Shown here in pieces: positions 11,849 through 23,085 of a stretch of 64,000 nt of DNA. Position 1 is the first letter of the stretch. Every line of letters starts with the position of its first letter. Origin of the DNA: Octopus vulgaris (taxonomy: Eukaryota); assembly GCA_951406725.2 (NCBI GenBank), contig CATOCA020000002.1:372001-436000 (forward strand), written 5' to 3'. The notes under the pieces were generated by a model. That model searched no databases. It was given only the letters and a program-made list of their open reading frames with translations, and was not told the origin of the DNA. The position numbers and the translations under genes were made by a program.

Positions 11849-13037
11849 TCACATGTAGGTATATATGTATTTTTGTGTTTGTGCATGAATGCATTTTATG
11901 TTTTTCTCTACATGTGTATACACAAGTATATGTAGGTGTGTATGTATACTTCTTTTGTCTGTAAATGCATGTTTTTTGTGTATGGATACATTAACACACA
12001 TGCATATACGTGTGTATATCTGTGCATATATATGTGTATTTCTATGTTTTTTCTTTGGTGTATTTTGCATGCACATTTGTTTTTTTGTTTTTTGTTTGGG
12101 ATGTGTATATATTATGTGTATTCATGTGGGTGTGTATATATATATATATATATAAATATATATTTATTTATATATATATATGAATGTATATACATGTGTG
12201 CGTGTACATGTATGTGCATGTTTGTAGGTGTGTGTATGTATATATACATATATGTATATGCATATATATGTATGTATATGTGTGTGTATGTATGTGTGTA
12301 TATGTATATATATTTATTTATTTATATCTATATATGTCTTATGTGAATACATCTTTATTTTGTATCTTCCCTCACACCTGCACCCTTGTATGTGTATATG
12401 TGAGAGTATGCACATTTTGTGTATGTGTGTGTGTGTGTGTGTGTATGTATATGTGTATGACAATATATCCCTATGTGTTAAGTGTATACGTTTTTTCTAT
12501 CATTTGTAATTTTTTAATAATTTTCTCTATATATTCGTTTTTTCTTCCTACTTTTTTCTGATTGTGTCCCCTACCCCGGGCTAGTTTTTGAGTAAGATAA
12601 CTTTCTTGAATACATCAGCCAGTCTTGTTTGTGATCAATGTTTTTTTCCTTAAGTTCTCTTTGGTTTTTTTCCCTGCTTCTTTGTACATTTTACTTAAAT
12701 ATTGTAACTTTTTTCAAACATAGTCTTGCCTATCACTTTTAGCCTTGTGTAATATATATTTTTTCATTTTTCAATATTAATATGTATATGTACAACTCTC
12801 TTTTATTTTATTAAACTTTTGATGTCCTTACAAAAATTCCTCACACTGATGAGAATGACAATGCATAAATTTAATTATTATGATTATATTTTTTCTTACA
12901 TATTTGTATTGTCCTTTGAAACATATGCATGTATTGAATCCTATTTTGTATTAAATCCAATTTTGATTCAACATCTTTTTCTCCATTTTTCTATAATTAT
13001 TTATGGTATATTTATGCCTATGACTATATTTTTCAAC
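10345..13037 (+). mobile_element. Penelope-like element remnant (GIY-YIG endonuclease) with inverted pLTR
   Basis: ~11200-11610 translates to NCNCRNPNTC..VVYNA..YIGC..LRLNNHKSSF..TSLSK..CPLCLEE..LNSRDE. 10345-10570 and 10890-11010 are inverted copies of 12815-13037 and 12680-12790. Confidence 0.8.
12841..12939 (+). ncRNA. Hammerhead motif in Penelope pLTR (long helix II, weak helix I)
   Basis: CTGATGA (12846), GACAATGC..GTATTGTC helix II, then GAAACAT-atgc-ATGT-A. Confidence 0.6.
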
Positions 13038-13092
13038 TACACACATATATATTTGTACATATATATATATATATATACACACATATATATAT

Positions 13093-13127
<35 letters not shown>

Positions 13128-13161
13128 CATATATATATACACACATATATACACAAATATA

Positions 13162-14418
13162 CAGGGTGTTCAATTTAAAAGCTGACTCAATTCTATTTAT
13201 TAATAGTTATAAAGAATGTGCAATATTACGGTCAAATCTACTTTTTATTGAAATGCTCATTTGAAAGTTACAACTTCAAACTAGTTCCAAAACATGTTGA
13301 AATTGTTGGCCACCACATTGTAGACATAAGTCAACATGACGATGTTTGTTCTGGAACACATTAATCAAAACTTCACAATATTACAATATCAGTAATATCC
13401 ATATACAGTTCATCAAGTGTGTGTGGATTCTTTGCAAACACAGCGTCCTTGATATAGCCGAATAAAAAGAAATTGACAAGTGTTAAGTCTGGCGATCTGG
13501 GTGGCCAGAAGCCTTTCGTGATCAACCTGTGTTCAAAAGTTTGTCATAAGTGAAACAAAGTGTGGTTGCTAGCATGACATGTTGCTGAGTCCCGTTGAAG
13601 CTATGCGTTACTTTTTTCATTATCATTTAGCTGCTCAACAAACTGATCAATTATTTCACAATAACATTCTGAATTCAAGGTTTCTCGGAAAAAAATCAGT
13701 CCTATTATTCTTCGCCTGCTGATAGCCATCCATACATCAATCTTCACTGCATGTAAGGGTGATTCGACATACTCATGAGGATTGGGAGCACTCCAGATGC
13801 GAGTGTTTTGCAAATTTAGGTATCCTGATAGGTGAATTCAAGCTTCGTCACTGAAGGTCATGTCAAGTTGGTTGTCATCCAGGTTTTCTTGAAACCATTT
13901 GCAGTAATCTAATCTTTTGGTAAGATCAGCAGGAATAGGTTCATGTAAAGAGGACATGCGATTTGCAAAGAGCAGTATGGCAGCTGCCAACAGATAATTC
14001 AGTTTCATGAGACAAGCATTGCAGATTTCCTGGGACTGCAAAGAATTCGTTGACAGATATCTTCCACATCATCAGAAAGGCGGGTACGTCGGCAAACGTG
14101 TTTCTTGTTTTCAACTGAGCCTGTCTTCCTAAACTTTTTAATCAGAACATTAATTGCCTTTTAGTTGGTGGAGGCACATTTGGATATTTGCTCTTAAAAT
14201 TGGTAACGCAATAGTCAAAGGAGTAAATCCATCACTCATTGATAAAACGTTCTGATCTAAAATAAGATTCCACAATAAACGAATGTTGCTGCACTGATAA
14301 CACCATTACGACTCCAGTAGAAATCTCGAATGTGTTACACTTGTAAATGGCTAAAATCAATTTGGCATAGCAAGTTTGGCAGTTAATCAATTGAGTCAAC
14401 TTTAAATTGAACACCCTA
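13162..14418 (-). mobile_element. Tc1/mariner-superfamily DNA transposon (DD37D/DD41D-like), decayed transposase
   Basis: TIRs CAGGGTGTTCAATTTAAAAGCTGACTCAATT and AATTGAGTCAACTTTAAATTGAACACCCT, flanked by TA. Minus strand gives FIVESYF, FSDEA, QNTRIWS..NPH and WPPRSPDLT..FFLFGYIKD. Confidence 0.9.
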
Positions 14419-14425
14419 TATATAA

Positions 14426-14742
14426 ATCATCATCATCATCATTTAGCGTCCGTTTTCCATGCTAGCATGGGTTGGACGGTTCAACTGGGGTCTGTGAAGC
14501 CGGAGGGCTGCATCAGGCCCAGTCAGATCTGGCAGTGTTTCTACGGCTGGATGCCCTTCCTAACGCCAACCACTCCATGAGTGTAGTGGGTGCTTTTTAC
14601 GTGCCACCCGCACAGGTGCCAGACGAAGCTGGCAAACAGACACGAACGGATGGTGCTTTTACGTGCCACCGGCACGGGGCCGGGCGAGGCTGGCAACGGA
14701 CACGAACGGATGGTGCTTTTACGTGCCAGGCGAGGCTGGCAA
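14426..14742 (-). mobile_element. RTE LINE 3' UTR fragment
   Basis: Reverse complement of 41515-41705 including the (GAT)n tail. Confidence 0.88.
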
Positions 14743-15292
14743 TAAAGTTGTTTTGTGTTCTATAGTTTTCACGGACAATGGGTACGATATTAATTGTTGT
14801 TGTCTGAGATTTTAGTGTAATCACTAAATCATCCATAACTTTTGTATTATCCTCTCAAATTACACCAAAATCTCAGACAGTAGCAATTACTATCGTATTT
14901 GTTGTGTGTGAGAGTTGTAGAATATAGAACAACTTTGATAGGGGCTTATACCTGCTTTTCTCGCGAAAGCAGTGCCTTTCTGAACATTTTGGCCGCAACT
15001 GTATATATATGTGTGTATCGTGTCCGCTGCTAGCCTCACCTGGCCCCCGTGCCAGTGGCACGTAAAAGCACCATCCGTTCGTGTCCATTGTCCTATATAT
15101 ATATATATATATATATATCGCCATGATAGATCAGTAGCCACTACACACATTTTTTTCTCTCCTTGTTTCTATCTGTGTTCCTTTCTGTGGAGAAGAGCAC
15201 AGGCTCAAAATGTAAAAGAATTCCCGAGCGTTATATTAATACATCTGTTTGTTTTCTACACCACCTGTCTTTGTCTTTTTTTCATGAATTCT

Positions 15293-15338
<46 letters not shown>

Positions 15339-16072
15339 GCATATATACATATATATATGTGCATCCAAAGCAATGATTAGTAACTTACGAAACTGGTATG
15401 CTTGAATCTCTTTAATAATTCACAACAATGACTTTTATCACTTTTATTCCTACCTCAGTTCACCTAATTGTATATATCTTTCATTACTTTTCATAAAAAG
15501 CGTATACTTTTTTTGATTTACAATATGCATTTTCATATGTGTACTTTTTATTTTGTGATGTAATCTTTGGACTAACAATGTTTGCGGCTAAAGAGAACTT
15601 TAAGCCATCTTTTATATCAATGGTATCTGTAATAACAGATTGTTTCAAGAAAACCTGGATGACAACCAACTTGACATACACACATGTACAAATATATATA
15701 TATACACACATACATACACAAATACATAAGAATCAGTTACCAATAGGTACAGTATATTATTCTTATTGAAGAGGGGATAAGAAGAATAGGAGCAAACATT
15801 ATAGTGTGAGAGGAGTACAACTTAATAGAAATGGTAAGGCATATGAAAGGGAAATATATATATATATAGGCATATATAGATTTCATATGTTGCTTTCCAA
15901 GGTTCATGTTATTTCGTCCAATGGTATTATTGGTACATGTCTCTAACACACACTCTTTGCATATGCATGTATTTTTACAAATATTTTAGAATAAATAAGT
16001 AGACGTAATAGAATGTCTAACAGTTGATATATGTCATTTCTGTATCCCTTCCATTTTCTTTTTGCCATATAT

Positions 16073-16105
<33 letters not shown>

Positions 16106-16161
16106 CACACACATATATATATACCCACACACACATATATATATACACACATATATATACA

Positions 16162-16209
<48 letters not shown>

Positions 16210-16254
16210 TACACACACACATATATATATATATAAGCACATTTATATATGCTG

Positions 16255-16512
16255 AGACCCCCTTCGGTCACGACACAGACCATGGGATTGCACCTAGAAA
16301 GTTACCCTCCCAGGCACAAGTCCAGGCAAGGTTGTTTATGGAAGACCAGCAGTCGTCGTTGCATACCGGCCTCCCCACTCCACATCACCAGTGTTATCTA
16401 AGGGAAAGGCAAAGGCCAATACAGCTCAGCATCTATGACGTTGCAACTCATTTCTACAGCTGAGTGAACTGGAGCAATGTGAAATAAAGTATCTTGCTCA
16501 AGAACACAACAC
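16255..16512 (-). mobile_element. 5'-truncated SINE (same family as 52462-52800)
   Basis: Reverse complement of 52537-52790. Confidence 0.85.
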
Positions 16513-16714
16513 ACATATATACTCACATTTATATACACACATATATACACACACACACATATATACACATATTCACACACACACACACATATATACATAT
16601 ACACACACACCTATATATACACACACACATATACATATGCATATATATATATATACATATGCTTATATATGCATAAATATACATATATATATAGATATAT
16701 ATATACGTATGCAT

Positions 16715-16919
16715 ATACTCTTTTACTTGTTTCAATCATTTGATTGTGGCCATGCTGGAGCAACGCCTTTAGTTGAGTAAATCAACTGCGGGACTTATTC
16801 TTTGTAAGCCTAGTACTTATTCTATCGGTCTTTTTTTTCCAAACTGCACACAGCAACTCCTGTGCCTCGCAAATCGATTTTCGAACCTTATTGGGTTCTC
16901 ATCAGAAGCATCTTCATCG

Positions 16920-16958
<39 letters not shown>

Positions 16959-17165
16959 ATATGTTTATGTGTCTGTTTGTCCTCCCAGCATCACTTGACA
17001 ACCGATGCTGGTGTGTTTACGCCCCCGAAACTTAGCAGTTCGCCAAAAGAGACCGATAGAATAAGTACTAGGCTTACAAAGAATAAGCTCTGGGGTCGAT
17101 TTGCCCGACTATAAAATGGTGCTCCAGCATGGCCGCTGTCAAATGACTGAAACAAGTAAGAGAGA
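16715..17165. mobile_element. Two oppositely oriented 3' fragments of the SINE family at 22661-23085
   Basis: AGAATAAGTACTAGGCTTACAAAGAATAAG and GCTCCAGCATGGCC..AAATGACTGAAACAAG appear in both orientations. Confidence 0.8.
16863..16910 (-). ncRNA. Hammerhead-like motif
   Basis: Minus strand: tgctt-CTGATGA-GAACC-caataa-GGTTC-GAAA-atcgat-ttgcg-aggca. Perfect helix II and palindromic helix III loop, but irregular cleavage-site register. Confidence 0.5.
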
Positions 17166-17177
17166 TATGTATATATG

Positions 17178-17218
<41 letters not shown>

Positions 17219-17219
17219 G

Positions 17220-18210
17220 TATATATATACACATGCACACGGTAGGACAACTTTGCTTTTTGTCCTTTCAGGATTAATAAAATAAAATACCAGAGAAGTA
17301 CTGGAGTTAATAGTATCAACTAACCTCTCCTGAAAAAATGCTGGCCTGTGCCTAAATGAAACACCATTAAGTGTAGCAAGCTGGCCAAATCATTAGAGTG
17401 TTGGAATGAATGTCTTGTAGTATTCCTTCCAGCTCTTTATGGTGGCTTTGCACTGAAGTTAGAAACATTCTTTCGGGGTTGATAAATAAGACCCAATTGA
17501 GCACCAGGGTTGATGAAATCAACTAGCCCCTCCTAACAAATTCCAAACCTTGTGCTTATAGTACAAAGAATTATTATTATTATTACTATCAGCATTAAGG
17601 GCAGTGACCTGACAGAATTAGAAAAGCAAACAGAATGCTTTGCAATATTTCTTCCACCTCTTTACATTAAGTTTAAATCCTATCAAAGTGAACTTAACTT
17701 TTTATCCTTCTGGAGGTCAATAAAATAAAGTACCAGGCATGTCACTGAGGTTGATGGTATCAAATAAGTACCACTCCTCAAATCTGCTGGCCTTGAAACC
17801 TAAATTGTAAACAGTTAATCAGGGTGGTTAGAATAATGGAAAAATGCCTTGCAGAATTTAAGTTCTTTACATTCTGAGTTCAAATCCTGCACAGATCAAC
17901 TTTGCCTTTAATCCTTTCAGCGACGATAAAAATAAACTGCTAGTCAAGTATTAGGGTCAATGTAATCAATTAAAACCCATTACTATTAAGTGGCAAATGG
18001 CAAAATCATTGGACCATCAGACAAAATGCCTTACAGTAGTTGCTCTGGTTTTTTACATTCTAAATCTGAATCCTGCCATGGTCAAATCTGCCTTTCATCA
18101 GGGCTGATAAATTGCCAGTTAATTACTGGGGTCAATGGTTTTGACTGTTCCTCTCCTCTCAAAAACACTGGCCTTGTGTCTAAATCAGAAACAATTATTG
18201 TTATTACTTT
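17220..18210 (+). repeat. Cluster of about 5 old, diverged SINE-like copies
   Basis: Recurrent GAGTTCAAATCC..AACTTTGCCTTT..ATCCTTTC..GATAAA..AAGTACCAG..GGCCTTG. Related copies at ~26740-26900 and ~28435-28650. Confidence 0.6.
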
Positions 18211-18725
18211 GTTAATACCAGAGAAACTATGAAACAATAGACAACAATAGAATGGTATCAGGTAAACAAACGAATCAGGAATGAAAAAAAAGCTGCATTA
18301 GTGTACACAGAATCAAGAGAAGCCAAAATTACTTTCTGGTAGTGGGGTGTATGGACAGGATCCAAGCACTGCATCATGCTCCAGTATCTGCTTTGGCATG
18401 GTTTCTATGGCTGGATACCCTTCTTAATGCCAGTCACTTTACAGTGTATAGAGTGTTTTACTCATGCTACCAAAAAATAACAAATCAGATGTTGATATAT
18501 ATCTTTCATTATATACCCTACTTCAATTATGTGGTTTAAGATGTAGGGATCACCACTCTGACAATGTTGATAACTCTAGAAGCCATGAAGAAACCTGCAA
18601 GCCAAATCTTCATATCACATGCTTATCCTCTTACAAAAGGAAGGACATATTGGACAATGTAGTCTTTCATATACTTAAATAGGCAGATTGATCCTCAACT
18701 GAGTAATTCAGAATAAAATGCAATC

Positions 18726-19020
18726 TGGAGTAAAGATTGTTTGTCAACATAACATGGCAGTCCTGGTTTAGGATGAATATTCCTGTAATTTAGCCCCGGG
18801 AGACATCGTCTCCAGCTGGCTATATGACACGATCTGTGTCTTTATATTTTTGAACAAGGGGATCTAGCACCCCACTCAGCTCAAAACAATATCTGTGTAC
18901 CGCAATTTCCAGGTTATTTCCCTTCATCAGCACAGAATAATTGTTCCTCGGGTTAAATTACAGCAACATTCGTCCTTAACCAGGACTGCCATGTTATGTT
19001 GGCAAACAATCTTTACTCCA
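18726..19020 (-). mobile_element. Short HHR-containing element with ~75-bp terminal inversion, related to the 345-nt monomer
   Basis: 18726-18800 is inverted versus 18945-19020. Minus-strand HHR at 18892-18936: TCTGTG-CTGATGA-aggg-aaataa-cctg-GAAAT-tgcg-GTA-CACAGA. Shares TAGCCAGCTGGAGA..TCTCC.GGGGCTA with the monomer. Confidence 0.8.
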
Positions 19021-19397
19021 AAGTACTGTTGCTGAATATCTCTCGCGAGATCTAAAAATAGTAATTTTCTAAAATGCACAACCACATGGTTTTTGCAGCA
19101 CCTTTGGCAAGTCAATGTCTTCTACTATGGTAGCAGGCTGATGAGTGGATCTGTTAGATGAAAACTGTTGATAAGTTGAGCTATATATAAGATCAGTGGG
19201 TGTGTGTCTGCCTCTCATTACTTGACAAGTGTTGGCTTGTTTAGATCTTTGAAACTTAATGGTTCAACAAAAAGAGAGCAGTTGAATAAGTACTGAAGTC
19301 AATAATATTTCAAGGCAGTGTCCTAGCATGGCTGTAGTCAAACGACTGAAACAGGTAAAAGAACAAAAAGACAGACATACAAGTACACACATATATA

Positions 19398-20922
19398 CAC
19401 CGTAAAAATCCATGTAATTTGTGCACCTGTGTAATTTACACAAGTGATTTTCAGGATAATAATAATAATGCCTTCTGCAAGAGAGACGACTGCACTGGTA
19501 TGGTCATGTGGCAAGAATGGATGAGGATAGCTGTGTGAAAAGTGCCACACTCTAGCGGTTGAGGGAACCTGTGGAAGAGGTAGACTCAGGAAGACCTGGG
19601 ATGAAGTGGTGAAGCACAACCTTCGAACATTAGGCCTCACTGAGGCAATGACCAGTGACCAAGACTTTTGGAAATATGCTGTGCTTGAGAAGACCTGGCA
19701 AGCCAAGTGAGACCATAACCTTGTGGCCTATGCCAGGGGTGTAACTAGCCCACTTATGCATACCTTCCCTTCATTGGACACTGCTTGTGAAGACCTGTTG
19801 AGGCAAGTGAAATCGAAATCAAATTCGATGACTGGCATCTGTGCTAGTGGAGCAGTAAGAGCACCATCCAAGTGTGACTGTTGCCAGAGTGGCTAACTGA
19901 TGTTCGTGCCGGTGGCACGTAAAAAGCACCAGTTGAGCGTGATCGCTACCAACGTCATTTTACTGGCACTTGTGCCGGTATGCAAGTGACATGTAAAAAA
20001 AAACACGATTTTTTTTGTGGCCATGCCAGTACCACCTGACTGGCCCTTGTGCCGGTGGCACGTAAAAGCACCTACTACACTCTCGGAGTGGTTGGCATTA
20101 GGAAGGGCATTCAGCTGTAGAAACTCTGCCAGATCAAAATTGGAGCCTGGTGCAGCCATCTGGTTAGCCAGCACTCAGTCAAATCGTCCAACCTATGCTA
20201 GCATGGAAAGCGGACGTTAAACAATGATGATGATGATGAACATAGCAACCGGCGAAATACCGCTAAGCATTTTGCCCAGTATACTAATGATTCTGCCAGC
20301 TCACCACTTCTATGGGCAGAATTTATGAATCGTTTACTGTGAAGGAGAAATTAGATATGTTGAATATGCATTTGAACGTGGCAATAGAGCTGCTGGAAGG
20401 CATTTTAATGTAAATGAAGCCCATGTTCGAAATTGACGTAAACAGCATGGCAAAACTGTGCCTAATAGTAAACAGACAAAAATAAAAACATACAATCAAG
20501 ATTATCCATATCATTACATTTTTTTCAGTCAGCAATATTCATATCACTATGTATGTCAATGGTGCTCCATTTTGATAGGTAGAAACTCCAAGCAATGTAA
20601 AATATGACCCGGACTGTGTTTACCAGCACTTGAATGTCAGACTTCAAAAAGTACTTAACCATTTAATGGTTTTAGTAAATTTATACAGAAACAGTAAGCA
20701 TTATACCGTCCAACATAAATAAAAGTCAACTTCATTATATTTAAGCCATTATATTTTCCATAAAAATTGACATTAAAGAGTCAACTTCCGGTATGAATGT
20801 CTATGTTTTGTACATCAACAAATAAATTCTGGAAACGATCTACTCATGTAATTTACGCACCCACTAAAGTTTATCTTTATTTTTGCGTAAAAAGTGTGTA
20901 AATTACATGGGTTTTCATGGTG
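19398..20922. mobile_element. TA-flanked TIR DNA transposon (Tc1/pogo-like), interrupted by an RTE fragment
   Basis: Left end CACCGTAAAAATCCATGTAATTTGTGCAC versus reverse complement of right end CACCATGAAAACCCATGTAATTTACACAC; TA on both sides. Confidence 0.6.
19476..20240 (+). mobile_element. 5'-truncated RTE LINE 3' end
   Basis: Matches 2631-3430 and 41000-41705; (GAT)n tail. Confidence 0.92.
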
Positions 20923-21018
20923 TATATATATATATATATCTAGTTAATCAATAAAACATATCAGAAAAGAAGCACACTCTAAAGAATTATTAAAACAAAA
21001 ATTAAATTCTGGTCATAA

Positions 21019-21078
21019 GAGTTACCAAAGGTTTTGTATCCATGAAAGCCACAGCCTTGTGGACAGCTCATCAGACTC
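21019..21078 (-). ncRNA. Hammerhead motif with G-to-A core mutation
   Basis: GAGT-CTGATGA-gcTGTCCA..TGGATAc-(A)AAAC-ctttg-GTA-ACTC; perfect 4-bp helix I. Confidence 0.65.
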
Positions 21079-21871
21079 GGATCTTTTCCTTTTGAATAGC
21101 ACTTTGTAATATAATTTCTAGGTAACTAAAAAGTTTTAAACTTCGTATACTGGTAGAATGTGTTTATAAAACATCATTTTCTCTTGGCTTTATTGAGAAA
21201 ATTCTATAGGTTGTATCATATTTCGTCTAAAATTTCTTGCATTTCTGCAATTTTAACCAATCAGTTACCTCCATTGACGTAAATAACATTCTGTGCATAA
21301 TGAATATGTCCCTCCTTTAAGAAACTGATTGGGTTTATTTACATTTGTGAAGAAAAAAAGATGCCCTTCAACCCCTAACCTTAACCCTAAATCTAAAATA
21401 GATTGAAATGCAATAGATCGATACTAGGGCCATAATTATCGGTGACATTTTCATTTGACACTGCTAGAAAAAAATCCCATTTTCCATAGCAGTGTTGTAT
21501 GAAATTGTCACCCATAATTATAACCCTAGTATCGATCTACTGCATTTCAATCTATTTTAGATTTAGGGTTGGTTAGGGTTAGGGGTGGGGGAAGAGTATC
21601 TTTTTTCTTCACAAATATAAATAAACCCAATCTGTTTCTTAAAGGAGGGACATATTCATTATGCACAGAATGTCAATGGAGGTAATTGAGTGGTTAAAAT
21701 TGCCGAAATGCAAGAAATTTTAGACGAAATATGTTACAACCTATAGAATTTTCTCAATAAAGCCAAGAGAAAATGATGTTTTATAAACACATTCTACCAG
21801 TATACGAAGTTTAAAACTTTTTAGTTACCTAGAAATTATGTTACAAAGTGTCGTTCAAAAGGAAAAGATCC
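21079..21871. mobile_element. Foldback MITE with ~385-bp inverted arms and 8-bp TSD
   Basis: Ends GGATCTTTTCCTTTTGAA and TTCAAAAGGAAAAGATCC. TSD TCAGACTC at 21071-21078 and 21872-21879. Confidence 0.92.
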
Positions 21872-22660
21872 TCAGACTCTATACGAAAAGAAAATTAAAT
21901 TTTCTACCATGCAGACATGAGGAAACGCTCAGATATCAAGAGGATGGGTTATCTCCCCTGGAACAGAGGATAAAAAACCCTTACAGACCCAAAATAGCCT
22001 ACCAGCAAATGGGGAGATCCAATTTTCCAGTAGATAGTATTTGAAATGGATACATTTAGAGAAAACTTTTTTATGACTATTTAATGTCCTTTAGCATAGT
22101 CCTTAATAATTCTGGTTCTCTTCGCGATGCAGATTTTGCAATAACCACTCCCATTAATATATGGGCCTGGATGTTCTATTATTTTCCACCTGATATCACA
22201 TGGGGTCCCTTAATCTTTGAGGTGCCACACATGGTTGGCCAGGGACGTGACAAAACATCTTTCTGGAACTCTGAAGGATGACTAGCAGTTGCGGAAGCAA
22301 TGTTTGAAAGATGTACTGGCTGATCTGATATATTTACATACTTGGGATGTGACTATATTCGGGCAATTCTGGTATATCTCTTATAGGCTCTGGGCCTGGG
22401 GATGTTGCTGGTAACATTGCTGAGGTTAATATGGTGCAATGATCTGACAGTGCTATCGTTTCTGGCCATATGGTTGCAATGTAGCTGCTGGCATTAGTGT
22501 TGGTGCGGCTGGTAGTAACATACATCTGCGTGGTAGAAAGTTTAATTTTTTTGTCTTTGTAGAGTTTGACAAGCTGTCCACAAGGTTGTGGCTTTTGTGG
22601 ATACAAAACCTTTGGAATTTAACTTTTTGTTTTAAAATATATATATATATATATATATAT

Positions 22661-22825
22661 GGCGCAGGAGTGGCTGTGTGGTAAATAGCTTGCTAACCAA
22701 CCACATGGTTCCGGGTTCAGTCCCACTGCGTGGCACCTTGGGCAAGTGTCTTCTGCTATAGTCCCAGGCCGACCAATGCCTTGTGAGTGGATTTGGTAGA
22801 CGGAAACTGAAAGAAGCCTGTCGTA

Positions 22826-22892
<67 letters not shown>

Positions 22893-23085
22893 TTGTGTTT
22901 GTCCCCCTAGCATTGCTTGACAACCGATGCTGGTGTGTTTACGTCCCCGTCACTTAGCGGTTCGGCAAAAGAGACCAATAGAATAAGTACTGGGCTTACA
23001 AAGAATAAGTCCCGGGGTCGATTTGCTCGACTTAAAGCGGTGCTCCAGCATGGCCGCAGTCAAATGACTGAAACAAATAAAAGAG
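22661..23085 (+). mobile_element. tRNA-derived SINE with internal (TA)n(TG)n
   Basis: A-box-like TGGCTGTGTGGT, B-box-like GGTTCAGTCCC, CCTTGGGCAAGT core. Minus-strand copy at ~36255-36680. Confidence 0.85.

Larger units (their letters stand above)
20992..22635 (-). mobile_element. Penelope-like remnant (GIY-YIG C-terminus) with inverted pLTR, interrupted by a MITE
   Basis: Minus strand ~22030-22240 gives VWHLKD..IRWKIIE..PYINGSGYCKIC..SKCIH. 20992-21078 plus 21880-21917 is the inverse of 22525-22635. Confidence 0.7.

Noticed and set aside
14590-14730. CRISPR-like repeat-spacer pattern (GGTGCTTTTACGTGCCA)
   Set aside because: Eukaryotic context, spacers similar to each other, part of the RTE 3' UTR, no cas genes.
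15452-15656. Possible minus-strand exon (CAG acceptor, GAG|GTAGG donor)
   Set aside because: The acceptor lies in a mariner-derived 35-mer, the frame read has stops and no recognisable protein motif.
21372-21584. Interstitial telomere (TTAGGG)
   Set aside because: Only 2-3 imperfect units inside the MITE arms.
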